This document shows, in pieces, positions 38,265 to 51,076 of a DNA stretch of 64,000 nt; position 1 is the first letter of the stretch, and every line of letters starts with the position of its first letter. The position numbers and the translations under genes are program-made. The stretch lies in NCBI GenBank assembly GCA_010093815.1, contig ML996566.1. The stretch is one strand, 5' to 3'. A model generated the notes under the pieces. It saw only the letters and a program-made list of their open reading frames with translations. It was not told the origin of the DNA and ran no database searches. Source of the DNA: Pseudovirgaria hyperparasitica (Eukaryota).

Positions 38265-38993
38265 GTTCGTGCACCGCTATTGTTATGGAGGGATAGGAAG
38301 CATGAACACGCAATAACAGTCAACACAAACACTCATTGTCATCTTGGCGTTCCTGTTTGGATTGGATAGGTACCTCCTGTTTTAGTTTCGTCGATACGGT
38401 AGTAGCCAATTGGTAGTCCAAATCAAATTCTGTTCGCATCTTATCAAAACATAAATTCTTCCGCCCTGCGCCACTCAAGTGCTGTAAATGTGCTTTCCCA
38501 TTTTGAACCTCGGTGTTCTCGATTCTGTCGACTACACATTAGGCTATGCCTGTTTTGCTCGTCGCTCATGCGCATTGCTGCAGGGAACAAGTGAGATGAG
38601 GAGCCAGCCAGTCGGAGCAGTCCCGTTTGAGTAAAACTAATAAATTGCAGGCGGTCCCCTGCTTTCTGGGGCAAACTTCATTCACTACAAGCCATGGCCC
38701 ATACTAAATCTACTCTAATGTTAGACTGCAATTCCAAAATTGAAATGCAGGATCTTTCTGCTTGCACATACACACACGTACACCTCACCTCGACTGCTTT
38801 CTTCGTGCCCCAGCAACGATGAAACTAATATCTGGCCTTGTAAGTGCGTTCCGCATTCTATATTTGCCCTCGACTCTACAGAGGTTTGTTTTCGGACAAG
38901 ATACGTGTGACATTCGACACACCGTCATAGTTTCGAGTAACAACACATTATGATTTATTAGCCAGTCAAGTCGAATGCATACCCCGATCCCTC

Positions 38994-41261
38994 CTAATAT
39001 TCATAATGCCCCTGCTGCCGCGTCTCATTCAAATCTCTAAACTCACCCCTAATACTCTCAATCCCATGCTTTCGAACCAACTCCACAATCTCAACCACAC
39101 GAGGCGCAATAACCTCCTCATCGAAGCCGAAATACTTATACGCCACTGCACCAGGCAGACTGTGTCCGAAGCGATGCATCGAATACCCCGCATCCGCATA
39201 CCTCTCCCAGCCCTGCGGACTATACGCCTCGATAACGACGCGCGGCAGTTTGCTGTCCCAGGCAAGTACTTTGCGGCGGTAGTCAACAGGTTGCTTGTCG
39301 AAGACGCGCTGGCACGGGAAGCTGACGACGCGGGCCTTGATGTTGTATTTGGCCGCGAGCACGCGGCGCGTGTCGACGGCGAACTTCATCTCGGCGCCAA
39401 CGCCGATAAGGGTGACGTCAGCGGCCGGTTCGTCGATGAAGACATAGGCGCCCCGTTGCACGCCGTCGCGCGAAGAGTGTTGTGGGTATTGTGGGAGGAC
39501 TTGGCGTGAGAGGGAGATCATAGACGGGGTGTTTTTGGCGTTGAGAGCGGTGATGAATGCACCGGCGGTCTCTTCGCTATCGGCGGGGCGAATGTATAGG
39601 AGATTGGGCATAGCGCGGTAGAGGTTTGCGAGCTCGACAGGTTGGTGAGTGGGACCGTCTTCACCGGTGCCGATGGAGTCGTGCGTTGCAATGTGGATTT
39701 GCTGGAGTCGTTGGAGGGCGCCCATGCGGATTCCGGGCGCGGCGTAGATATAAAACATGAAGAAGCTAGACGTGGCGGGGAGAATGGTGCCTTTGCTGAA
39801 TGCCGCGAGCCCGTTTGAGATGGAAGCCATGGCGTGTTCGCGGATACCCCAGTGGATGTAGCGGCCGGTGTAGTCGCCGTTGATGCCACAGCCAGTCTTG
39901 AGATCGGGGTGCTGGAAGTCGACTTTGCCTTTCCAGATCATATTGACAGATGGACTTAAGTCTGCAGTCCCTACCATCATATTCTGGAGGCCACTCGCAA
40001 GCGGATTGCATACAGCGCCGGCTGATTTGCGTGATGCTGTTGGCGCAGTTGGAAAGTCTTCCTTCTTGGGGATGAGTTGAGTCCAGTCAGCAGTCATGCG
40101 ACCCTCAACTCTGGCTTGGAATTCTTCGTATACGTCCGGATACTTTGTGGCGTACTCCTTGACCATTGCGTTCCAGTCTTCTTCTAGTTTGATACCACGA
40201 GGCTTCACTTCCCGGAAGAACTCATAGGTTTCGTCTGATATAATGAAGTGTGCATCGGCATCCATACCAAAGCATCTTTTGATGTTGCCAACGTCTTCGG
40301 CACCAAAATTGACACCATGAGCCAGCGCGTCGCCAGCTCGTCTACTCCCGATGCCGATGATCGTGCGGATATTGATGAAAGTAGGTTTCTCGGTGCTTGC
40401 GCGTGCCTTGATAAGAGCTTCGGCGATACCGTATACATCAAAACATCCGTCTTCGATGTCGATAACGTCGAAACCACAAGCTTCCATTTTCTTGTTTACG
40501 TCCTCTGTATTACATAAATCGACCGTACCATCGCATGTGATCTGATTGTTGTCGTAGATCAAGACCAGATTGTTCAACTTCCAATGCCCAGCAAGCTGGA
40601 TCGCTTCAAGAGCCACGCCTTCCTGTAGACAAGCATCTCCAAGTATGCAGAAAGTAGTGTTGTTGACGACTGGGTAACTAGGCCTATTGTACCTAGCACC
40701 AAGGTGCTTTGTGGCCATAGCAAGTCCTACAGCATTTGCAACACCCTGGCCAAGAGGTCCTGTCGTAACCTCAATACCCTCATGCTCGATTTCGGGATGT
40801 CCAGGACAGAAAGAATCGTAATGGTCAGAATGGTAAGTTTTTAGCTGCTCCCAGGTCATGTTCTTGTAGCCTAGAAGATGCAAGAAAGTGTACTGGAACA
40901 GGCATGTATGCCCATTTGACAACAAAAAGCGATCTCTATTGAAGAACTGTGCATTTGATGGAGAAAACTTCATAGTGTACTTGAACAGAGCAAGGCCAAT
41001 TGCTGCCATCCCCATGGCACTCCTGCTACAAGTCAGTGAACTTTCTCATGCTATTGTTATGTATCAAATATACCCGGGATGACCACCATTGAACTGTTCG
41101 CAAAGGTCTGCAATCAGGACCCTGAAAGTGGCAAGGACTCTTTCGATCTTGTCTCCGTCTTTGAGCTTTAGATTCCCCATCTTTTCAAAACATTTGGCTG
41201 GAGTCTTGATAGTCAAATGCTCTATCGTCTGTACAGGTGTTACTGATGGCGCCATGGCCAT
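38994..41261 (-). CDS. Transketolase-family enzyme, dihydroxyacetone-synthase (DAS)-like
   Basis: GGHPG, NRDRFLLSNGH, TTGPLGQG, GDACLQEG...YDNN, GIREHAM and THDSIGTGEDGPTHQ motifs. Intron at ~41024-41075. Confidence 0.92.
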
Positions 41262-42845
41262 TAAATGCTGAGGATGTGAGGTTAATCAATTTGATTGAAC
41301 TTGTAAAGCAGAGGGGGATATTAATAACAGTAGTTGTATATGACTTGAAAGAAAATGAGAAGAAGGCTCATGTACTTGTGGCGACTCATCGCGTATACAT
41401 GAACAGGATCTCGTACTAGGATCTTCAGTCCGATATCCGAAGTGTGAGGCTTTCTCCATGACTATCTACCTATTATCTACCATTCGCAGTTTGCGGAGTG
41501 GTAACGGATTACCTATTTAGGTAAGTCCGAAAGGCTTCGGGAAAGTTTGCCGAAGTCCCACCATAGTCCCGGTGAGCTTCTTCCTCTCCATGAGTCACTA
41601 GAAGGTGGACAAGAGATAAGTTGCAACTGCCACTCCAAAGCAACGGAGAATCGTATGCATTGAGAGTGCGATTCTTGCTCTGCATTGGAACAGAAAACCA
41701 ATTAATTGGAAGTATGTAAGTGGGAATGTTATGTGTGTGCCAGACTTACAACAGAAGTAGCCAAATGACGTAATGTCAAACACCGACAGTGGTCCCAATC
41801 ATGTCGCGCTCGCGCATCTACGCATGCGAGACGAATAAAGTGGAACAAAGCCTAATTAACCGATTATCAAATAGAACAATCCCAGCGGCAAAGTTGATGC
41901 CTGAGGCTTGGAAGGCACTGTCTGTTATCCAGTGATCTATTCCGCGTATAAGGGTTTCGTTCGAACTACTGGTCCACGGGTATTGACACGATGCAGCCAT
42001 AGAGTTCATAAAACGACTAAACGGTCCATAAGCAGCGCGAATATTTGCCTCCGCATCTCGATCTCGTTCCTTTTATTTGAAATTCCTATGAGTCCCGTAA
42101 TTTGTGACATGACTTCATAGTCGGGAGTATTGCTCGGAATCGTCGACGCCAGCAACAGACTCGTTGTTTACGAGTCACAGACATTAACACGAACGTCAGC
42201 GGACCTGGTGATAAATCTGCGTTTCAGCTGATCCAAAGGGCATATCTATGCTGATCGGGTACTGTTGTAGATGACTGGAATTATCTTACTGCCTTTGTAT
42301 TCAGGTCGGCTGTTTACCTTTCAATCACCGGATATTCTGGATCGCCTGAGGTTTTCTCAAAAAGACGGTTTGATCCTTTGCCATACGTTTTTGCAGGTTG
42401 AGAGAAAGGATATGAAGTCGGGCTGCATTGGTTCAGAGAACGTGACATGTGTGCGATTTGAAATGTGCTGGACGAGATTGTCGTCGGTCAATAGTCAAGT
42501 GGAAGAAATCGTGCACGAGAATATTGTGCTTGGAAGTATTAATAAGAGCTTACAAAAGCCGAAGTTCGGCCTAGACCAGAACACGATAAGCGAAATTTTA
42601 TGCAAGGAGGCCGTTGTTTCCTTGCATGCAGGGATTGGCTTTTGCATCCATCAATTTGTACTCCAATCATCACTGTATGGGCCTGAACAAGGTCCACTTC
42701 TAGCTATGTAGCTTGCATTTGGATGTGTTGGCCATCCATGCCGCAAACTAAAAAAAATATGCTACTCTCAACATATATGAGACTGACAGGAATAGTTCTT
42801 ATGGCCTGAAATCTGGCTCCTCTGAAGAGTCAAAGAGAAACTGAG

Positions 42846-44679
42846 ATGACTATTCTCATCGGCCGACCGCTCACTCGAGCAATCACTGCCACAGCAGCTG
42901 CCGGTTTTCTGTTGTGAGAGCGACGCTGTTGAAGCGATAACTAGTTAATGGCTAAGCCAATGTCTAGGTTCGGGTACGACCAGGGTGTTTTGAGTGGCCT
43001 CTTAACCGGCGATGCTTTCACGAGGACGTTTCCAGAGATTGATACTCGCGCGGGTGCGGGCGGAAGTGCCACGCTCCAAGGCACGGTTGTAGCCGTTTAC
43101 AACATTGTAGGCCATGGACCATTAGATTTGGTATTATATTTCAAGCTGAACCTATGAGTAGGGTTGTTTTGTCGGAGCCCTTGTATGTATGGTCGTGGGA
43201 GAACGACTCGGACGAAGGAAATGCATTATGATGGGATGTGTTATTATGACGGCAGGCGCCGTGGTCGAAGTCACATCCCGGAAGCTTGCACAGTTGATGA
43301 CAGGCCTTGTTGTCGCGGGCTTCGGCAATGGATTCAATACCAGTACCATCCGTAAGTGACGCAAAAATAATGGACTATCACGCTGACTGAAGTAGCTGTC
43401 TGGCTCTCGGAGCTTGCCAATTTCAACAAAAGAGGCCAAGGTATTGCCGTCACCAGTGTTATCAACATTTTTGGTGTTATGGTGGCTTATTGGGTCGATT
43501 ACGGTATGAGCTTCGTGCCGAGCGATGCGCAATTCCGATTTCCACTTTCGTTGCAAATTCTGTTTGCTCTGATAACGCTCGCTGGTATCTCAGTGCTTCC
43601 AGAATCCCCAAGATGGGTAAGTTTTGTGACTGTACAGACCTTGGGAAGCTGACCATGTGTAGCTCATAGCGCATGGTCGCAGTGCAGAGGCTCGGCATAT
43701 TTTGTGGGCTGTAGAGAAGAACGCCCGCTCAATGACCGAACAAGATGAATCCATCACTGCCAAAGTCGAGGAGATCCATCTTACCGTCGAAGAGGAGCGA
43801 AAGGCGTCCAAGAGCGGTAGTTACATCTCCATGCTCCATAATGGGCCACAAAGATTTCTCTATCGTACAATGCTCGGAGTCGGAGGTCATTTCATTCAGC
43901 AATTTGCTGGTATCAACTTGATCAGTTGGTAAGTCACCAAGCCGCAACATATATCAAGGCCGGTTTCTCAACGGCGCAGGTATATTCCTGTCATCTTCCA
44001 GCAGTCGGTGGGGCTTTCGCGAAACACTTCATTGCTGCTATCTGGTTTCAACGGTCTGGCGTACTGCCTGTGTGCGATCATCCCGATCCCGATTATAGAT
44101 CGTGTTGGCCGGAGGAAGCTTATGCTCTTCGCTTTGGTTGGTCAAGGAGCTTGCATGGCAGTACTGTCGGGGACAGTCGCAGATGGTGGGAAAGCAGCTG
44201 GTATTGTCTCGATCGTCATGCTGTTCTTGTTCAACTTTTTCTTCGCGATAGGCTGCTCCAGCATTCCATGGCTATGTAAGTCTCCCATCCACGTACTGCC
44301 ACCCCGAAACTAAAGTACTGTAGGGCCTGCGGAATACTCTCCTCTCGCAATTCGCACGCGGGTGGCCTCACTCTGTACAGCAGCCAGCTGGTTATTCACT
44401 TTCCTGATCGTTGAAGTCATGCCGATCAGCATTAAGAACATTGGTTGGCGGACTTATCTGTATTTCTGCATCTTCAACTTTATCTCCATTCCATTCGTCT
44501 ATTTCTTCTACCCGGAGACGCAGAATCTGTCGCTTGAACAGATTGACCGACTCTTCACCGGCGACAAGATCGCGATGCGGTGGACACCTGAGATGGATGT
44601 TGATGGGCTTGGGAGTTCAGATGATAATCCTGATAGACTGAATGTAGGGTCCATGTTAGATAAAGCCTGTGCGCCTTGA
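42846..44679 (+). CDS. MFS sugar porter (STL1-like)
   Basis: MTILIGRPL...GFLL|FGYDQG, ERLGRR, PESPRW, QQFAGIN, DRVGRR and YPET motifs. About six introns. Confidence 0.9.
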
Positions 44680-45043
44680 AGACGATTTTAAACCGAAAGG
44701 TTCATGTTGTTTATCGACATTTGTTCCTGTTGATGATGCCAATTAGTTACCCCTTTTCTATCCTGGTGCAAATTAGCCTGCAACTAATTACGCAGCACTA
44801 TGGGGAGCCCAAGTCAGGGGAAACTCGCCTGGCGTGCGCCCCACGTAGCTGCCCACAGCCCATCTGACGCGCCAATCCAACGATCCAACGCGCCCACCTG
44901 CGCAAACTAATTAATTAATCATTAGTCGGACACGTCTTCCACATCCCGGACTTGACCCTAACATCGTCGTTCATAACTACACTGTCGCATACGTTCACGC
45001 ATCATACTATACCGTCCTCCTCGCGCAGGTTGGCACTTTTGCT

Positions 45044-46154
45044 ATGCCATTATCTTCCTTTTCAATATTTAGTCGTCGGCGGCCTCTCGTTCGAATCATC
45101 CTTCTTGTCGTCGTCCTCTATGCAGCCTTCACAGCTCGCCGCCAGTACCTTTTCGAAAAGTATCTCGACACCCTGTACATTACCTTCGACGACTTTCCAC
45201 CCGAATATGTTACGGCTCTGAACGAGTCGGTTGCGACAAAGAATGACAAGCCCGTGGCTTACGATAATAAGCTCTTTGGAGAACCCAAGATTCCAAAGAT
45301 TATTCATTTTATCTGGTATAAGAATCTATACGAGAGTCATAAGGAGGTCACCGAGATCCCATCGATTGGCTCTCACGCCCCAGAGCTTTGCAAGAAACAC
45401 AATCCTGACTTCGAGATAAGGATATGGGGCAAAGAGGAGGGAAGAAAATTCATTGAGAAGAACTACAACTGGTTCATACCCACCTATGATGGCTATGCGC
45501 ATCCCATCCAGCGCGTTGATGCGCTGAAGTATTTTGTGCTCCTCCATTTTGGAGGAGTGTACATGGACCTCGACATCGCCTGTCGAAGGCCACTGGATCC
45601 GTTACTCCAGTTCCCGGCCTGGTTCCCTGAAGCTTCACCTCTTGGCGTGAACAATGATCTCATGGCCAGCGCGCCTGGCCACCCAGTCATGGAGCGTATG
45701 GCTTACGGGCTCAAAACGCACAACTGGAATTACATATTTCCTTATCTTACCATCTTCTGGACTACTGGTCCTCAATTTACAAGCGACATTTTACGCGAGT
45801 GGTTCCAAGCATACCGCGGGAAGCACCATGTGATGGGCTCGGACAAGAAGAATGCTGGTAAGCTATCTGTTATTCACGAATATGGGTGCCACTAATGCTA
45901 ACGTCTTAGATCCTGGTCATTTCTTCATCCTCCCACAGATCTTCTATTCAGAAGAATACACGTTTTTCGGACACTCACCGGGTGGCACCTGGCACGGTGG
46001 CGACGTCGCCGTTGTGTTGTGGTTCGTCGCCCATCCCTACGTTTTCTTCGCCATTCTTGGTTCAGTACTTACAACCTGTTTCTGCGTCATGAGGAAGAGA
46101 CGCGGTATGCACTCTATCCGTTCGAAAGAGGACGATATGTTGGATCGTGTCTGA
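45044..46154 (+). CDS. Glycosyltransferase family 32 (Sur1/Csh1 MIPC-synthase-like)
   Basis: N-terminal TM, IPKIIHFIW, IQRVDALKYF, GGVYMDLD (DxD), TTGP and a C-terminal TM. One intron at ~45857-45909. Confidence 0.88.
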
Positions 46155-46408
46155 TGTGCATGGGCGCGAAGCAGCAAAGCATTGGCTACAGCATTTTTGG
46201 CGGCGTCTTGGGTACAGATTTTTGGTCTTCTTGATTATGACCAGCCTTGAGCAGGCTCTGAGGCTTCATTTCTATCTGAAGTGGCTTTGGTTGATATATC
46301 CACAACAAGAAAGAAGCTTTTGGTGCAATATAGGATTCTTCTCCTTGGTGGACTTTCTACTAGCTTTCTTCCATTTGTTAAAAGACCACTGTTCGAACCA
46401 CAGACCCT

Positions 46409-47080
46409 TTATGTCCCTCCTCCTTCTCCCTCCTCAGCCGGTCGCCTGTACAACCAATGGGTCCACTTGACTCCTCTTCTCTCCTCTACGAATAATTCGC
46501 CATCCACCTCATCCCTGACATTCCTTGGCGGCCCCAGATCCCTCATCAACGCCGCTGCAGCCGCCTTCAAATCACTCTCCTCGCCCTCCGTCAGCTCTCT
46601 GCGAATATCCCCCTCCACACGGTACTTGGCCCTCTTGAACCCACACTTCTCCATCACCCGCACACTCCCAACATTCTGCTCCACCACATCCGCCCGCAAC
46701 GCCGTCCGCTCCGGCTGCCGCACAAACAGCTCGCTCATCACGGCTTGCAGAGCCTCCGTCATCAGCCCCTTACCCCGCAGCGCGGGCGCAAGGCGATATG
46801 TGAGCTCGCTCGACTCACCGCTGTGCAGACCAACAAGCCCAACAATCTCCGACGGGCAAGAGAGCAGGCGGATGGTGAAGACGAAGCTGCGCGGCGACGT
46901 GGTCATGCGCGTTATTGTCGATGCGGTCGTCGACAGCGTGCTGAACACTGGTGCGGCCGGCTTGTCATCGCTGTAGAGCGCGTGGATCTGCGGCGCGTCG
47001 TCCGCAGTGAGGAAGCTGAGATGTAGGCGGGCCGTGTCGATGGCGGCGCGGGAGGGGCTTGTGGTGAGGGTGTCTGCCAT
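46409..47080 (-). CDS. GNAT acetyltransferase (RimJ/RimL-like)
   Basis: IDTARLHL, ELTYRLAPALRGKGLMTEAL and NVGSVRVMEKCGF motifs. Confidence 0.85.
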   Translation of the reverse strand: MADTLTTSPSRAAIDTARLHLSFLTADDAPQIHALYSDDKPAAPVFSTLSTTASTITRMTTSPRSFVFTIRLLSCPSEIVGLVGLHSGESSELTYRLAPALRGKGLMTEALQAVMSELFVRQPERTALRADVVEQNVGSVRVMEKCGFKRAKYRVEGDIRRELTEGEESDLKAAAAALMRDLGPPRNVRDEVDGELFVEERRGVKWTHWLYRRPAEEGEGGGT

Positions 47081-47992
47081 GGAGAGAAATAGGGCTTGGA
47101 GACCAGCTTCGCGCAGAAGGGAGTAGAGAGTGTTTGGCCAATGGTGCTGATATGCAGGTTTTGACTGCAGCTTTTGTTTGCTATCGGCGTGCGCTCATGG
47201 CAGGTGTGGTGTCTCTCGTATTGTATACTGCGAATTAGACTCTGAGCTTTCCACATCTCGGACCACTCCACTTGGACCACCGAGCTTGGAGGGGCTACAT
47301 GACGTCAAGCCACCGCGTGATCAGAATGAGACTTCTTACAGAGTGGGACAGGACAATGCCTTGATAATCTAACAGCAGTACATAGCTGCAATACATAGCA
47401 GCGTTAAGTGTGAGTTGCGTCTATATCGCAGTATGCATCATTGTGGTGTGCATACCTACAGAGCTGCCTGTATGACACCGGTACGCTCCATGTCCAGCAT
47501 GCATTTCCGCCAGAAGATTTCCACTAACTTGGGAGCAATCGACTCAAGGGTCGGTCCATCGACGCCTTTCGACCCTGAGCTATCCGATCTTAAAGATCCA
47601 ATCCAATCCGCTACGCAGATTGCCTACTGTAGACATCTTTGGCGTAAGAGGTAACTCACGTGCAGACGCGTTTTTAGCGCGACTCTCTGTTCATCCACGC
47701 AACGTCTTGTGTTGACGATATCTGGATCGCAACAGTAACCCCTCAACGCCACGAACATACAATCGTCTCATATATCTACGCAGGGTATGAATAGTTGCGT
47801 AGAGAGAGAGAGGAGGGTTGACAGGGAGCTGAGTTTCGCCGCGGCTTTGGATGGACGATTTGCTGTGGATTGATAATGCTGCTCTCAGCTTCTAAATTTG
47901 CCTGTCTGCACACGATTGCACTTCTTGATGGAAACAGCAATGTTTCTTGCTTTGCAATCTCTTACTCTTTTCGTAGTCTTTTCCCATTCGTT

Positions 47993-48110
47993 TGTCGAGT
48001 GTCTGCTTTACTTTCATTGAGCTCTCCTATCCGTTCATCGAGTCTCTTCTATCCGTGCGTTGAGTCTCCCACTCGCTCATTGGGCTCTTGTATTCATTCA
48101 TTGAGTCTCT
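47993..48110. repeat. Degenerate ~21-nt tandem array (about 5-6 units)
   Basis: Units: CATTGAGCTCTCCTATCCGTT / CATCGAGTCTCTTCTATCCGTG / CGTTGAGTCTCCCACTCGCT / CATTGGGCTCTTGTATTCATT / CATTGAGTCTCT. Confidence 0.65.
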
Positions 48111-48220
48111 GAGCGGTCCGATCAACGAGTCCCAATACCATATCTAAAAGAAAAGGCAGTCTACAAGCCAAAAATTCCAAAATCAAGAGAATGGCAAAAA
48201 TGACAAAAAAGTCAAAAGGC

Positions 48221-48341
48221 TCACTTCCACAGGCTCGAACCATGGATCTGCGCCTCTGCTCCCCTGCAGATACTTAGCTCCTTCATCTGGTGCTTTGCGT
48301 CAGCGGTAGGTCGTGTAATTTTACCACTAGACTATGCTCCC
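48221..48341 (-). ncRNA. tRNA-like Pol III element (pseudo-tRNA or tRNA-derived RNA)
   Basis: On the minus strand: A box TAGTCTAGTGG, T-arm CATGG-TTCGAGC-CTGTG containing the B box, downstream T runs and an upstream TATA. The acceptor and anticodon stems do not pair. Confidence 0.6.
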
Positions 48342-49429
48342 GCTGGGGTTATGAGAACCGTACCTGTTAAACCCATTATATACCCTTCGTACAGCGAAAA
48401 CGTGTAAATCAATCATGTGGCAGCGCTACGCTAGTCGCACAGCTGCCTACCGCTGTCCTGGGTTTCTCATGGGCTGTACAATTCCTAATTGGAAGAAAAA
48501 GCACGGCATCCTACAATACTATATACTGGAACGCGACAGCCTCTCGCTCGGGCGCTTCAAGGATGCAAGAGGCAGCTATTTAATGCCTCATCTTTGGTAC
48601 ATTAAACAAAGGCTGGGGAGATCTGCTGCGCTTATCGGGTCTGGTCTTCATATTTCTCTTGCCAGCCACCGACAAGCAGTAGATGCGTGAGTCTCGGAAA
48701 ATCTCGAAGTGCTTCGCATGTGGACTGATAATTCTACTGCATAAAGTGCCTTCACTGTGCGAGCATGAATTAATATCGATGGCATCTACTAGCTACGTAT
48801 CTTACTTCACGTTGCTGTAGCCTGTGACAGGCACAGACGGTCAAAAGCCGTACAAACACCGGCGCCGAACCCGAAACCGATTATACCTTACACACTGCAT
48901 GATCATCGGATTACAGACAACTCACAACGTCTTAAGCGAGTTACATTTGTTTTTCATTTCAGCAATCAACCTGCGCGTCGGTCCGATCCCGATCTAGCCT
49001 CACAGGCTTACTGCTTCAAAACACCTCTTTGTCATCCCTAAGAGGCAACAAGGAGCCATGATTGATAATCGCGGATCCTCGGTTGCTCAAATTCCGTTCA
49101 ATTTCAGGGCGAGAATAGCGATGTCAGCGACACTGGATGATACCGGACTATGCTTTCGTTGCGTTTTCTCGGCCAATGGTCTACAAGATCGTCGTAACTG
49201 GTTACGATGTATTACCGGAACATCAACTGTTCAGCATCAATATATCAGATACCAGGCGGCGGAGCCTCAGTATATAAAGGCTCACCAGGTCAGCCATGAA
49301 ATCCCATCCTCAGCTCAATCAACTGCGATCAGCTACCTACCAGACACCAACGCAACCTCGAATCAATCACTACTTTGTATTTCTTAGGGAAATCATACAG
49401 ATCGATCTTGACACGATACAACAGGCGTC

Positions 49430-50757
49430 ATGAAAACCTCCACGCTCCAATATACGATGCCAGCTGGCCTACACGCCATTCCCCTGACACAGCTCGACCT
49501 CCGACCAGACTCTGAGATTGATGAGCATCTCTTGAACCCTCCCCAGGTTTCATCTGAGAAGAATGTCTGGTTCTACTGGCACGCAGGTTACGGCAATCTG
49601 TATCCCTACGCGAAGCGTAACATTCGCACTTGGCACCGACGTCTCGCACCTCTAGGATGGACTGTGCGAGTTGTCGACGTCTGCGAATCGCCACGCGGTG
49701 CAGGCCATATCTCGAACTTCCTCGATACCTCCGACCGAAGTCTCTTCCCCCACGCCTTCTACAAGGACACCATTGATGGGGAGTTCAGAGGCCAGCTTAC
49801 ATCTGACTTGACGCGATTCCCTCTGCTTCTCGTACATGGTGGTATCTATGCGGATGTATCATACCTGCAGATCGGCGACGTAGACGCGCTTTGGAACACT
49901 ACGGTCATGAACCCAAATTACCCATTGACTTCTTGTGTTACAACTTCGGTGGGCCCGACGAAGTGCGTATGTTGTTCAATTATTTCATGGCTAGCCGTCC
50001 AGGTAATCTGTTCTTAGAACGTTGTAATCAACTACTCTTGGAACTGTGGGCCTCGGACGGTGGGCGTACAAACTCCCATGGTCTGCTCAGGCATCCTTTG
50101 ATGAGAGAAGCACCTGAGCTTCGCCTACCAAAAGGTCCTGGGCTGGAAATTATGGACGGGATGGGCAAGTTCGAGGAATTGCGAGAAAAACTGAGTGACT
50201 ATGGGATTCAAATGCTTGTCATGTCACTGGTCATCGGGCTCGTCGACCCAGAAACCAATTGGGATGGGCCTGGATATGCACACAAACAAATGTTCGCCAT
50301 GGATTTCAGCGAGGACACAGCACTGATCGAGATCATGACTGGATTCGACGGGCCCAAGGCTTTCCGTCTTATGTCACTGCCGCTACCGAAAGAGGGGGAG
50401 TCGGAGAGTCCTGACCAAGTCGAGGCGAGGACATTGGTTGAGAATGTCCTGAGACGCAGTTTCGCGGTGAAGATGGCTCATGGACCATTCCAGAATATCA
50501 TTGGCAAAACACTGGGCATATTATGGAAGGAGAATACTGGCAGTGATGATGTGCTGGGGACGTATGCCCATTGGTTGCGACATGGTATGTTGTACTGGAC
50601 GCAGGATACCCTGCCGACAGCACCTGATTACGGGCTGAGGAAGCCTTTCAAGACGGGACCTTTGTTGGGGGTGACTGGAGAGGAACTGAATTCTGCGCCG
50701 CACAGCGTCATGGACTCTCCCCATACGAGGGTTGATGCTGAGTCAGTCCTCGTTTAG
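49430..50757 (+). pseudogene. Capsule-polysaccharide-synthesis-like (Caps_synth / GT32-related) protein with a single frameshift
   Basis: KNVWFYWHAG, SDLTRFPLLLVHGGIYADV, then NYFMASRPGN...WLRHGMLYW in another frame. The frame changes at ~49925 and no intron signals are nearby. Confidence 0.75.
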
Positions 50758-51076
50758 ATCGGTCGACCGTGAGTGAGGGATGCTGTGCCGTTCACTTCAC
50801 GTGTCCCCACATGTTAGATGCAACTCTGCTTGCTGTATTGCTACTGCACTTACCTAAGCTGACCGGACAATAAATTCAAGTGTCAGATTTAAAAGTGATA
50901 ATATCCATACTAAGACATAGCCCCCACCCAAAGTGGATGCCTTCTTCCTGTCATCCTTCCCCTTCGAACAAAACTCCTGATCTTACAACATACCATTTCA
51001 CGCCTACGTTCGATTTCCAGCATCCTCTTATCATCTGTGAACTCAATTTATCTGCTCAGGAACTCGTTCATCTACA

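Noticed and set aside
46281..46976. 231-aa plus-strand ORF
   Set aside because: Antisense shadow of the GNAT gene.
47993..48110. CRISPR-like interpretation of the ~21-nt array
   Set aside because: Eukaryotic context, degenerate units, no unique spacers of proper length and no cas genes.
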